Shown here: piece by piece, positions 9,950-20,152 of the stretch
Layout of the letters: each line of letters starts with the position of its first letter
Position numbering within the stretch: position 1 is the stretch's first letter
Assembly: GCA_963829055.1 (NCBI GenBank)
Contig: CAWHHI010000016.1
Span: forward strand, 128,001 to 192,000
Direction: 5' to 3'
DNA length: 64,000 nucleotides
From: an uncultured Gemmatimonadaceae bacterium
GTDB taxonomy: Bacteria > Gemmatimonadota > Gemmatimonadetes > Gemmatimonadales > Gemmatimonadaceae
The notes under the pieces: model-generated
The model's input: the letters and a program-made list of their open reading frames with translations, nothing else
The model's database searches: none
Told to the model about the DNA's origin: nothing
Translations under genes and position numbers: made by a program

Positions 9950-11328
9950 GCGACCACGACGCACACATTCCGTCGCGCGAGGAAGTCGTCGCGATCATAA
10001 CGCGGCCGATTCCGAAGCGACTCGGCACGCTCAGCCTGATCCTCGCGATCGTCGGCTTCGCGATCTTCTTGATCGGCGTGTTCACCGGCAACCCGCGCGC
10101 GTGGCAGGCGTACCATGTGAACTGGCTGTTCTTCACCACGTTCTCGTCGGCCGCGGTGGCGTTCGCCGCCGCACAGCGCATAACGACGGCGCGCTGGTCG
10201 CGACCGACGATCCGGTTCATGGAAGGCTTCGTCGCGTGGCTCCCCATCGCGTTCGTGCTCCTGCTGTTCACGATCGTCGCCGGTAAGCGCGCGATCTTCC
10301 CGTGGATCACGAACCCACCGACGATTCACGAAAAGGCACTCTGGCTCGAGCCGACGTTCTTCTCGATCCGTGTCCTCGCGGTCTTCGCGCTGATCACGTT
10401 GCTCAGCCTGTGGTTCGTGTATCGCACGGTGCGCCTCGACGTCGGCATCATGCCGGAGTGGGGCACGTCGTGGGCGAAGGGCATTCGCGATCGCATGCGT
10501 GCCGGTTTTGGCGACGAACGACGCGAGTTGCACTCCACGCACTCGATGCTCGGCAAGCTATCCGTGGTGCTGTGCCTGGTCTTCGGCTTCGGCTGGACGG
10601 TGCTCGCGTGGGACCTGTCGATGTCGCTCGACTATCACTTCCAGAGCACGATGTACGGCTGGCAGGTCTTCATGGGCGGCTGGGTGGTCGCGCTCATGAT
10701 CCAGTCCATCCTCGTCCGGCTGTGGCGGAACTCGCTGGGCGCGGAAGAACTAATTGTCGACAGGCACTTCCACGACATCGGGAAGCTGTGCTTCGCGTTC
10801 ACGGCGTTCTGGGGCTATCTGACGTTCAGCCAGTACCTCGTCATCTGGTACGGCAACATGCCGGAAGAGTCGCACTTCTTCTTCCTGCGCATGAGCTATC
10901 CGTGGGTGCGGTTCACGGTCAGCGTCGGCATGCTCATGTTCGTCGTGCCGTTCTTCGGCCTGTTGTCGAAGGCGGCGAAGTCGTACACGCCGACGATGAC
11001 GCTGTTCGCGCTGTGCTCCATCGTCGGACTCTGGCTGCAGCGTTACGTCGAGATCTATCCCTCGATCTACGCGGCCGGCCCGGGCGGGGGCGCCGAGGGA
11101 GCCGCCGAAGGCGCCGCGGCAGCGACACGTGCCGCGTTCAGCGCGCCGTTCGGCCTCTACGAGGTGGGCGTCACGTTAGGCTTCCTCGGTCTGTGGGGGC
11201 TCTGCTACCTGGCGTTCATGAACGCGTTCCCGCGCATGCGCGTGTTCATGCTGACGTCGCCCTACCGCGACGAGGTCCAGGTACCGGTCGACCCGAAGAC
11301 GATGGAGCCGCTGCCAGCACACGAGTGA
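9946..11328 (+). CDS. actF: Alternative complex III subunit F (NrfD-like paralog)
   Basis: About 10 TM helices; MSLDYHFQSTMYG, HDIGKL and FSQYLVIWYGNMPEE motifs. Confidence 0.9.
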   Translation: MSDHDAHIPSREEVVAIITRPIPKRLGTLSLILAIVGFAIFLIGVFTGNPRAWQAYHVNWLFFTTFSSAAVAFAAAQRITTARWSRPTIRFMEGFVAWLPIAFVLLLFTIVAGKRAIFPWITNPPTIHEKALWLEPTFFSIRVLAVFALITLLSLWFVYRTVRLDVGIMPEWGTSWAKGIRDRMRAGFGDERRELHSTHSMLGKLSVVLCLVFGFGWTVLAWDLSMSLDYHFQSTMYGWQVFMGGWVVALMIQSILVRLWRNSLGAEELIVDRHFHDIGKLCFAFTAFWGYLTFSQYLVIWYGNMPEESHFFFLRMSYPWVRFTVSVGMLMFVVPFFGLLSKAAKSYTPTMTLFALCSIVGLWLQRYVEIYPSIYAAGPGGGAEGAAEGAAAATRAAFSAPFGLYEVGVTLGFLGLWGLCYLAFMNAFPRMRVFMLTSPYRDEVQVPVDPKTMEPLPAHE

Positions 11329-11338
11329 GCAAGCAACG

Positions 11339-11438
11339 GCTATCAGCTATCAGCTCAACCAAAACCCTCGGGATGCTTCTCTGGCCAGAGAAGCGTCCCG
11401 AGGGTTCTGGTTTGAGCTGATAGCTGATAGCTGATAGC
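11339..11438. repeat. About 100-bp near-perfect palindrome with GCTATCA/TGATAGC heptamer arms; likely bidirectional terminator or REP-like element
   Basis: Arms of about 46 bp centred on CTGGCCAG with 1 indel and 2 mismatches, between convergent actF and trxC. Confidence 0.85.
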
Positions 11439-11443
11439 TGTTG

Positions 11444-11911
11444 CTATTTCTTCACCAACTGCTGCAGCGCCTTGAGCGGCATGGCGCCGGACGATCGCCG
11501 AGCTTCTTTCCCGCCCTCGAACACGACGACCGTGGGGATGCTGCGAATCGCGAAGGACTGCGACGTGCGCGGCGAGCGGTCCGTGTCGAGCTTCGCGACC
11601 AGCACCTTCCCCTGGTTCTCGGCCGCAAGTTGATCGACGGCCGGCGCCATGATCTTGCAGGGGCCACACCAGTCGGCGTAGAAGTCCACCACGACCGGCA
11701 CATCACTCTCGGCAATCGTTCGGGCGAACGTATCGTCGTTCAGCGCGATCGGGCGGTCGATCAGCATGGGCTTGCCGCACTTGCCGCATTTCGGTCGATC
11801 GCTCGCACGGTCGGCGAGCACGCGGTTCCATGTGTCGCAGAACTGACACCGCACGGTGATGCGATGACCCGCCTGAGTCTGCGCCGCGTCGGGTTGGGCT
11901 GTCCCTGTCAT
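11444..11911 (-). CDS. trxC: Thioredoxin 2 with N-terminal zinc finger
   Basis: CQFC...CGKC zinc finger plus WCGPC active site. Confidence 0.9.
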   Translation of the reverse strand: MTGTAQPDAAQTQAGHRITVRCQFCDTWNRVLADRASDRPKCGKCGKPMLIDRPIALNDDTFARTIAESDVPVVVDFYADWCGPCKIMAPAVDQLAAENQGKVLVAKLDTDRSPRTSQSFAIRSIPTVVVFEGGKEARRSSGAMPLKALQQLVKK

Positions 11912-12097
11912 TCGGCTCCCCTGAGGATGGGTCCCTGGATATATTTACCGCGGTTCGAAACCGCCGGACGGTGTTGCTGATTCAGTAATATCGCTGGAGG
12001 CGTGCCAACCGCGGTGGATGGCATTGAAAGCAGGACGGAATCACAGTCCACGTGGCGCGGCGAGTCGGCCGGTGCCACATGGGCGCGGTACAAATCC

Positions 12098-12170
12098 GGG
12101 GCGTTAGCTCAGCTGGGAGAGCGCCGCACTTGCACTGCGGAGGTCATCGGTTCGAGCCCGATACGCTCCA
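12098..12170 (+). tRNA. tRNA-Ala(UGC)
   Basis: GGGGCGT/ACGCTCC acceptor stem with G3:U70, anticodon loop CTTGCAC, GGTTCGA T-loop; CCA not encoded. Confidence 0.95.
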
Positions 12171-12258
12171 TGTCCCGGGAACGTTAGGCAGGCAGGAGAC
12201 ACCACAGAACGCGCTCGCGACATTCCGGTCGCGAGCGCGTTCGTGCGATGGTGAATAC

Positions 12259-12864
12259 TCAGCGTTCCGTGCGATTGTTCGCACGCGCGCGGCCGGCGTT
12301 CGCGGACTCTCCACCATTGGCGTCCACCTCGCCGGAAGCTGCCGACCCTCTGGATCCGCTGGACCCACGCGACGCGTTCTGACTCTTGCTCTGATCGTTG
12401 GTCGCTGAGCCCTGAATGGCGGGCTGATTCCCGCTGTTGCGGATCTCGATTTTCCGCGGCTGCGCCAGCGCGGCTTTCGGGATATGCACCATCAGGAGGC
12501 CGTCCTGGAATTCCGCCTCAATGCGCTGCTCGTCGACGGCGCTCGGTAGCTGGAACGAGCGCGTGAAGCTGCCGTAGCTCCGCTCGACTACGTGGTACCG
12601 GCCCTCGGTGTTCTCGCTGGAGGTACTCTGCTTCTCTCCACGAATCGTGAGCACGCCGTTTTCTGCGGTCACCTCGACGTCGCTTGGCTTGATGCCCGGA
12701 AGCTCCACCTCGAGCACGATCTCCTTGTTGTCCTCGCGAACGTCGACGGCCGGCGCCCAACCGGAGGAACGGCGCGAGTCACCACCGAACGTGTCCTCGA
12801 ACAGGCGATCTATCTCTCGTCGCAGACCGAACACCGGTCCAGTGAGCGATCCTCTGTACACCAT
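12259..12864 (-). CDS. Hsp20/alpha-crystallin small heat shock protein
   Basis: WAPAVDVRE and ERSYGSFTRSFQLP motifs; AGGAGGT RBS before ATG 12864. Confidence 0.9.
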   Translation of the reverse strand: MVYRGSLTGPVFGLRREIDRLFEDTFGGDSRRSSGWAPAVDVREDNKEIVLEVELPGIKPSDVEVTAENGVLTIRGEKQSTSSENTEGRYHVVERSYGSFTRSFQLPSAVDEQRIEAEFQDGLLMVHIPKAALAQPRKIEIRNSGNQPAIQGSATNDQSKSQNASRGSSGSRGSAASGEVDANGGESANAGRARANNRTER

Positions 12865-13182
12865 CCTGTACCTCCTGTCAGTAAGTCCTTGTGCTGTTAC
12901 CGCCCAACGTGAGGTATTCGTCGCAACCTCCATTCCCGTAGTCGGTTGTGACGCGAAAACACGCGCCGAATTGGCCGCGTTCAGCCTGTGCCCGGGCGAT
13001 TCGTAGCGAGCCCAGCGTGACCTCCGGTCGCCGTCGCCGGTCATCCTGTCCGAGGGCACGCTGCGGGACGGTACCGTGAGCCAGCACCTCCCAACTTCGA
13101 GGATTCTTGGCTCCACCTGCCTTCGCCGCCACCACTGCGGATTCCATCGCCCTGTCGCCGCGGTCTCGCCGGCGTCGCCGCC

Positions 13183-14679
13183 GTGGCTTCACGCTTGGCG
13201 TTGTGCGACGGCGATCCCGATCAGCTTGGCTCCGTCATCGATGCTGCGCGCGAGGCGTTGCGCGCCCACGAGTGCGTGCTCTGGTCGTTCACGCCAGGCG
13301 GGCTCGAGCCGATCGCGTCGTCTGGCGTCCGCGGTATGACCGTGGAGCAGGTGAGTGCGCTACTCGCCGGCCCTGAGCCAGGTCGGAGCGGTGTTGTCGT
13401 CCGCGCGCTGGTCGCGGACGAGCGTGAACGCGTCGGAGCCATCTCGTTTCGCCTCGCGATGTCCCTGAGTGCCGAGGGGCACGTCGTGCTTCAGGTGATC
13501 GCCGACATGCTGGTTCCGTGGCTGGCTCACGCAGAGCGAGCGCGGCAGCTCGAGGTCGAAGTCGCCTTACGGACCCGTCAGAACGACGAACAGCGATGGT
13601 TCATCGAGCGCATCATCGACTCGCTCCCCGTCGGCCTCTACGTCGTCGACAGGCAGTACCGCATCCAGGCGTGGAATCGGAAGCGGGAAACGGGCATGCA
13701 GGGCGTGTCGCGCGACGAGGCGATTGGCCGCACCATCTTCGAGGTGCTCCATCGCCAGCCGGCGGACAGTCTGCGCAGCGAGTTCGATGAAGTGTTCCGG
13801 ACCGGGCGAATGCAGACGCTCCACATGGAGTCGACCGCGAGCGGAGATCCGCGAACGTTCCGCATTTCGAAGATCCCGATGCGGCTCACTGACAGCGGCA
13901 TCACGCACGTCATCGCGATCGGTGAAGACGTCACCGAGTGGCGAGAGGCGCAGGACAGATTCGCGCACGCTGAGAAGCTGGCCGCGATAGGCCAGCTTGC
14001 CGCCGGCGTTATGCACGAGATCAATAACCCGCTCGCCACGATTGCGGCCTGCGCGGAGAGTCTCTCGTTGCGGCTCGATGACGTGCGGCGCGATGGCGGC
14101 ACGCCGCCCAGGGATGGCGACGAGTACCTCAGGATCATCGACAACGAAGTCCATCGCTGCAAACGCATCATCGACAGCCTGCTCGAGTTCAGCCGCCCGA
14201 AGGCAGTGACGAAGGCGGCGACCGATATCAACGAGGTGGTGCAGCACACGCTGTTTCTCGTCAAGCACCATGCGCGGTTCAAGAAGATGCATGTCGAGAC
14301 GCTGCTCAACGACCAGGTGCAGCGCGTGCACGCGAACCGCGAGCAGCTCGTGCAGGTGTTCATGGCGCTGATGATCAACGCCGTCGACGCGATGGACGAG
14401 CGGGGTACGATCACGATCCGCACGCGTCGAGGGCGTGGGCCGCGTGAGGCGGTGGTCGCTGAGGTGGTCGATGAGGGGATTGGGATCCCGCGCGGTGACG
14501 CGTCCAAGATTTTCGAGCCGTTCTTCACGACGAAAGCGCCCGGTCGCGGTACGGGGCTCGGGCTATCGATCTGTTACGGAATCATCGCCGAACACGGCGG
14601 ACGCATCGAGGTGGATTCGACACCCGGTGCGGGCAGCACCTTCCGAATTCTATTGCCGGCCGAGGAGGCCTCTTCATGA
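13183..14679 (+). CDS. PAS-domain sensor histidine kinase (NtrB-like)
   Basis: H-box GVMHEINNPL, N/G boxes DEGIGI, FEPFFTTK, GTGLGL; start uncertain. Confidence 0.88.
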   Translation: MASRLALCDGDPDQLGSVIDAAREALRAHECVLWSFTPGGLEPIASSGVRGMTVEQVSALLAGPEPGRSGVVVRALVADERERVGAISFRLAMSLSAEGHVVLQVIADMLVPWLAHAERARQLEVEVALRTRQNDEQRWFIERIIDSLPVGLYVVDRQYRIQAWNRKRETGMQGVSRDEAIGRTIFEVLHRQPADSLRSEFDEVFRTGRMQTLHMESTASGDPRTFRISKIPMRLTDSGITHVIAIGEDVTEWREAQDRFAHAEKLAAIGQLAAGVMHEINNPLATIAACAESLSLRLDDVRRDGGTPPRDGDEYLRIIDNEVHRCKRIIDSLLEFSRPKAVTKAATDINEVVQHTLFLVKHHARFKKMHVETLLNDQVQRVHANREQLVQVFMALMINAVDAMDERGTITIRTRRGRGPREAVVAEVVDEGIGIPRGDASKIFEPFFTTKAPGRGTGLGLSICYGIIAEHGGRIEVDSTPGAGSTFRILLPAEEASS

Positions 14680-16055
14680 CCGCGCCGACGACCGGACCGC
14701 GTATCAAGGTACTCATTGCCGAGGATGAGGAGCACCTCGGCACCATTCTCGAGCAGTTCCTCGTCGGGCGCGGCTACCACGTGACCGTGACTCGCGACGG
14801 CAAGGCGGCGCTCGCCGCACTGCGCAGCGAAGCCTACGACGTCGCGCTGCTCGACATCGTCATGCCCGAGCTCGACGGACTCGAGGTCCTTCGCAGCATC
14901 CGCGAGGATGCCGCGCATCCCGAAGTCATCATCATCACCGGCAACGGAACGATCGAGACCGCGATCACCGCGATTCGGCTCGGCGCCTATGACTACCTGT
15001 CGAAGCCGTACCGGATGGCGGAGATCGACGTGCTCGTTAGGCGCGCGTGGGAGCGGCGGCAGCTGACGCGTGAGAATGCGTTGCTGCACAAGCGCCTGTC
15101 TCGCGTGGATGCCGTGCCTGAGATCGTCACGCAGTACGCGCCGATGGAAGCGGTCCTGCAGCTCGTCGGCCGCGTCGCGAAGAGCGATTCGCCCGTGCTC
15201 ATCTCCGGCGAGTCCGGGACGGGGAAGGAGCTCATCGCTCGTGCGCTGCATCGCTTGTCCGGCCGTGGAGCAGGCCCGCTCGTCGACATCAACTGCGAAG
15301 CGATCGCCGACGGGTTGATCGAGACGGAGCTGTTCGGGTACGAGAAGGGCGCGTTCGTCGGCGCCGAGGCGCGCAAGGTTGGTCTCTTCGAGCTCGCCGG
15401 CGGCGGCACGTTGTTCATGGACGAGATCGTGGGTCTCGAGCCGAAGGTGCAGGGGAAGCTGCTGCGTGCTCTCGAGCAGGGCTCGTTCTTCCGCGTGGGC
15501 GGCACGCAGAAAGTCGAGGTCAACGCGCGCATCGTGACGGCCACGAACAAGGATCTCTCATCCGCCGTCGCCGATGGTCGTTTCCGGAGCGACCTGTTTT
15601 ACCGCGTGAACACCATCAGCATCGTGCTACCGCCGCTGCGTGAACGGGCGGTCGACATTCCACTGCTCGCGAACGCCTTTCTCGCGCACTTCGCGGGCAC
15701 GCATCCGCCGCGCCTCTCCGATGAGGCGATGCGCGCCCTGCAGCAGTACCGCTGGCCGGGCAACGTGCGCGAGCTCCGGAACGTCATCGAGCGCGCCGTG
15801 CTGCTCGCGAATGGCGGCGTGATCCAGGCGCGTGACCTCCCACTCACCGACACCAACGGTGCTGCTCGTCCGTCGGAGAATGCGGAGGACGTGTCGCTCG
15901 CTGAGCTCGAGCGAAGGCACATCGAGACCGTGCTCTCCCGAACGAATTGGCACCAGGGTCGCGCCGCGTCCGTTCTCGGCATATCCTCCAAGACGTTGTA
16001 CCGGAAGATTCGCGAGTATGGATTCCACCGCCCACGGGCGGCTAATGGCGGATAA
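14676..16055 (+). CDS. NtrC-family REC-AAA+-Fis response regulator (enhancer-binding protein)
   Basis: GESGTGKE, LFMDEI, WPGNVREL, C-terminal HTH; the GAFTGA loop reads GAFVGA. Confidence 0.92.
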   Translation: MTAPTTGPRIKVLIAEDEEHLGTILEQFLVGRGYHVTVTRDGKAALAALRSEAYDVALLDIVMPELDGLEVLRSIREDAAHPEVIIITGNGTIETAITAIRLGAYDYLSKPYRMAEIDVLVRRAWERRQLTRENALLHKRLSRVDAVPEIVTQYAPMEAVLQLVGRVAKSDSPVLISGESGTGKELIARALHRLSGRGAGPLVDINCEAIADGLIETELFGYEKGAFVGAEARKVGLFELAGGGTLFMDEIVGLEPKVQGKLLRALEQGSFFRVGGTQKVEVNARIVTATNKDLSSAVADGRFRSDLFYRVNTISIVLPPLRERAVDIPLLANAFLAHFAGTHPPRLSDEAMRALQQYRWPGNVRELRNVIERAVLLANGGVIQARDLPLTDTNGAARPSENAEDVSLAELERRHIETVLSRTNWHQGRAASVLGISSKTLYRKIREYGFHRPRAANGG

Positions 16056-16723
16056 TGAAAGTACTGGTCATCGAGGACGATCCCACCGTCGGTAACTTCG
16101 TGCGGCGGGGATTGGAGGAGCAGCGTTGGGGAGTACAACTGGTCGCAGATGGTGAAGAGGGTGAGCGCCTCGCGACGTCGGATGCATTCGACATCGTGAT
16201 CCTCGACATGCGACTGCCGGGAAAATCGGGAATGGACGTGTTGAACTCGCTCCGCGCACGCGGGTTCGAGCGGCCTGTGCTCGTGCTCACGGCGCAGGAC
16301 GCGGTGGACGCGAAGGTGAATGCGCTGCGTGCCGGCGCGGACGACTACGTCACGAAGCCGTTCGCGTTCGAGGAGCTGCTTGCCCGCGTCGAGGCACTCG
16401 CGCGGCGTCCGCGCGCCATGGCGTCACCCGCGCTGCGCGTTGGGGACCTCGAGCTCAATCGCGACACGCGCGAGGTGACGCGTGCCGGTGAGCTCATCGA
16501 GCTCACGCCCAAGGAATACGCGGTGCTCGAGTACCTCATGCGTCATCAGGGCCGAGTCATGAGCAGAACCCTGATCACCGAGTATGCTTGGGGGTATCAC
16601 TTCGATCCCGGCACGAACATCGTGGACGTGGTGATCAACCATCTGCGCAAGAAGATCGACGCCAAGCACGACCGGAAGTTGATCACGACGGTCCGGGGAG
16701 TCGGGTACGTCGTAAAGGGGTGA
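16055..16723 (+). CDS. OmpR-family response regulator (CusR/CzcR-like)
   Basis: GADDYVTKPF, LTPKEY, TVRGVGY. Confidence 0.92.
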   Translation: MKVLVIEDDPTVGNFVRRGLEEQRWGVQLVADGEEGERLATSDAFDIVILDMRLPGKSGMDVLNSLRARGFERPVLVLTAQDAVDAKVNALRAGADDYVTKPFAFEELLARVEALARRPRAMASPALRVGDLELNRDTREVTRAGELIELTPKEYAVLEYLMRHQGRVMSRTLITEYAWGYHFDPGTNIVDVVINHLRKKIDAKHDRKLITTVRGVGYVVKG

Positions 16724-16726
16724 CGC

Positions 16727-18414
16727 ATGGCGACAATTCGCGCGAAGCTCACCGTTGCGTACACAGGTGCGCTCCTCGGCAGCATTGCGGTGTTTTCCGT
16801 TGCGCTGTACGCGGCGCGCCGTTCGAACGCTGGTAAAGAGGCTCAAACGAGACGTTGCAGTGCAGGCGGACCAGGCGCTTCGCGTGCTCCGCTTCGCGGC
16901 GACGGCGAACGAGCCCGTCACGGTGACGCGTGATTCACTCGTCGGCTCGCAGATCACGCCCCGCATCGCGGCGATTCTCGATGGATTGCCCGATTACGTG
17001 GTCCTGCTCGACAAGGACGACCGCACGTTGTACGTGTCGCCATCGGTGCGCGCGCTGCGGGCGCGCGACGGGCAAGGGGGTGACGTCGGTGCCGATGGCG
17101 GAAGCGACTATGATCGGCTCATGCGCGAGGCGATCGCGCTCGCGCCTGGGTTTTCTGCGTATCCGATCGACGTTGCCAACAACGACGTCATGCTTGTCGT
17201 CCCTGCCGGAGACCGACGCATCAACGGTGGTGACGCGCGTCGTCGTTGGCCGCGACGTCGACCTCGCCGCAGGCTGGTTCCGTGAGTTCCTTGCGACCAT
17301 TCTCGTGGTCGCGCCGCTCATTATCGTAGCGTCTGTCGGCGGCGCGTATCTCATCGCCGGGAGAGCGGTGGAGCCGGTCGGTCGAATGATCAACGAGGTC
17401 GAGGCGATCACCGACGGCCGCAGTCTCCACCGGCGATTGCCCGTGGAGATGACGGGCGACGAGCTGTCGCGTCTGGGCGCCACGTTGAACGCGATGATCG
17501 CGCGACTCGAGACGTCGTTCAGTGCGCTGCGCCGTTTCACGGCCGACGCGAGTCACGAGTTGAAGACACCGCTCGCGGTGCTGCGAGCAGATGTCGAGCG
17601 TGCAATGCACTCCGCGCCGACGTCTGACCGAGCATCTCGTCGCGCTCGAGGAGGCCTTGCAGGAAACGACGCGCATGGCCGATCTCGTGGACAGTCTGCT
17701 GACGCTGGCGCGCGCGGACGAGGGACGGTTCGACCTGTATCGCCAGCCGTTCCAGCTCGAGCCGCTCGTGCATGACGTGTTCGAGACCGCCGTCATCCTC
17801 GGCGAGGACGCCGGCCTTACGGTCACGCTGCCCGGTGGTCGAGAATGCCGACGATCCTCGGCGATCGGCTTCGATTGCGGCAGCTGTTCCTCAACCTCGT
17901 GACGAACGCGATCAAGTACACATCGCGCGGCGGCACCGTGGAGCTCACGGTAAAGCGGAAGGATGGGGAAGTGCTGTTCTCCGTGCGCGACACCGGGATC
18001 GGCATCGCGGCGGGCGACTTGCCGTACATCTTCGAGCGATTCTGGCGAGCCGATCGCGCTCGCTCGAGGCTATCGGAGCGCGGCGGATTTGGTCTTGGGC
18101 TGGCGATCAGCCAGTGGATCGCGCAGGCACACGGCGGCACGCTCACGGTCCAGTCACGCCTGCACCGCGGCTCGACGTTCACGGTGTCGCTGCCCATCGC
18201 GCCTGACGATGCGGTCGCTGATGTCTACTACGACCGGACGTCGGCGATGGCACCGGACGAGCCCGCGTCCGGGCACGACGCGCCGTCGCGCCACACGCGT
18301 CGGCGACTGAATTTTGCCGCCTCGGCGGTACGCATAATCATGCGGTCCGTCGGCTTCGCGCCGTGGCAGGTTAATGATCCGTTGACGGGGCTGACGCGCT
18401 CTGTCCGGACATGA
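16727..18414 (+). CDS. HAMP-domain membrane sensor histidine kinase, split by at least 4 frameshifts
   Basis: Consecutive frames give TM, HAMP (DELSRL), H-box SHELKTPL and HATPase (NAIKY, DTGIGI, GFGLGL). Confidence 0.8.
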
Positions 18415-18421
18415 ACCACAT

Positions 18422-18437
18422 TGGCGCTTCTATTGCA
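18422..18437 (+). promoter_or_regulatory. Putative sigma54 (-24/-12) promoter
   Basis: TGGCGCT-TCTA-TTGCA with exact GG-N10-GC spacing, intergenic, upstream of tonB. Confidence 0.55.
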
Positions 18438-18648
18438 TAAGCGCATCGGCACACATGCGGGTTACGCCGGGTTGATCGCCTCGATTTCGGCACCTGGTTA
18501 CGGGCCCGACCATGTGACCGAGCACACAAGCAAATTGTAATTTCGGCTTCACCATTTCTTAATCTTTTTTCCATACCAGCGATAACTCTCCCGGCTAGAA
18601 TCCCGCTCAGAGACCTCGGGTACTCTCGTCCAGCGTTAGGGAGAATGC

Positions 18649-19364
18649 ATGTTCAACAACCTGCTCGAGTCGAAACCCAAGAAGCAGAAACAGACCGGCG
18701 GGACGGTCGCGAGTATCGTCATGCACTCGCTCCTGGTCGGCTTGGCCGTGTACGCGACGGCCAACGCGGCGATCAAGAACGAGAAGCCGAAACAGGAGAA
18801 GATCGACTTCGTCGAGACTCCGAAGGACGAGCCGCCGCCGCCGAAGGACGAGCCACCCCCACCACCGCCGCCCGACGTCGTGGCCGCGCCGCCCCCACCG
18901 AAGGGGTTCCAGGTGCTCACTGCTCCGGTCGAGATCCCGGACGTCATTCCGGACATCGACCTGAGCAAGAAGGTCACTGACGAGAACGACTTCTCGGGTA
19001 AGGGTGTCGCGGGTGGTACGTCAAAGGGCGTCGAAGGCGGCAAGGCGGTCGTGCAGAGCGACCAGCCGTACTTCGAGTTCCAGGTCGAAAAGCCGGTCGT
19101 CCCGGCGCCTGGATCCACGCGCCGCGCTATCCGGACATGCTGCGTCAGGCAGGCGTCGAGGGCGAAGTCCTCGCACAGTTCGTCGTCGACACGACGGGCC
19201 GCGCCGAGCCGAACTCGCTCAAGATCCTGAAGTCGTCGCACGACCTGTTCATCCAGTCGGTGAAGAACGCGCTGCCGCAGATGAAGTTCATCCCCGCCGA
19301 AGTCGGCGGACGCAAGGTGAAACAGCTCGTACAGCAGCCCTTCTCGTTCAGCATCTCGAAGTAA
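18649..19364 (+). CDS. tonB: Energy transducer TonB, one frameshift near 19120
   Basis: TM helix, Pro-rich linker, then YPDMLRQAGVEGEV...FVVDTTG TonB C-domain in a second frame. Confidence 0.85.
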
Positions 19365-19386
19365 GCTCACCTGGAGACCAACAATT

Positions 19387-20124
19387 ATGAATCTGTCGCT
19401 GCTCGATCTCTGGCACTCGATGGGCTACTTCGCGAAGGGCATCGTGTACGTCCTCGCGATCATGTCCGTGTACTCGCTCACCATCATGATCCAGAAGTGG
19501 TGGGGGCTCCGGAAGGCACAGCAGGAAACCCGCAAGTTCGCGCCCGAGTTCTCGCAGTTCCTCGAGGAAGACAACCTCACGGAAGCGATCAAGCTCGCCG
19601 AAGGCTACAAGAAGTCGCACGTCGCCCGCGTGCTCGGCGGCGCCCTGAGCGAGATCAAGCCGCTCATTCTCGACGGCTCCGTCACGGTCGCCGACATCAA
19701 CTCGGCCGAGCGTGCGGTCGAGCGTGAAATGCTCATGACGATCGTGCAGCTCAAGCGCGGTCTCGGCGTGCTCGCGACGGTCGGTGCAACGGCGCCGTTC
19801 GTCGGTCTGCTCGGCACGACGATGGGAATCGTCAACGCCTTCACCGGCATGGCCGCGTCGGGCTCCGGCGGTCTGTCCGCGATCTCGGCCGGTGTCGCCG
19901 AGGCGCTCATCACGACGGCGTTCGGTCTCCTCGTCGCCATTCCGGCGGTGTGGGCGTACAACTACTTCCAGACCAAGATCGACAACCTCACGGCCGAGAT
20001 GACGTACTCGTCGAAGGAAATGATCGACTACCTCATCAAGGGCGTGTCCGGAGAGTTCGGCCGCTCGCGCTTCACGCGTGAGTTCAACACCGCCGCCGGC
20101 GGCCAGTCGCCGATCTCGCAGTAA
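19387..20124 (+). CDS. exbB: MotA/TolQ/ExbB proton channel protein
   Basis: APFVGLLGTTMG and EALITTAFGLLVAIP. Confidence 0.9.
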   Translation: MNLSLLDLWHSMGYFAKGIVYVLAIMSVYSLTIMIQKWWGLRKAQQETRKFAPEFSQFLEEDNLTEAIKLAEGYKKSHVARVLGGALSEIKPLILDGSVTVADINSAERAVEREMLMTIVQLKRGLGVLATVGATAPFVGLLGTTMGIVNAFTGMAASGSGGLSAISAGVAEALITTAFGLLVAIPAVWAYNYFQTKIDNLTAEMTYSSKEMIDYLIKGVSGEFGRSRFTREFNTAAGGQSPISQ

Positions 20125-20152
20125 TCACTTCGCCCTCGAAGGAGGTATCACG

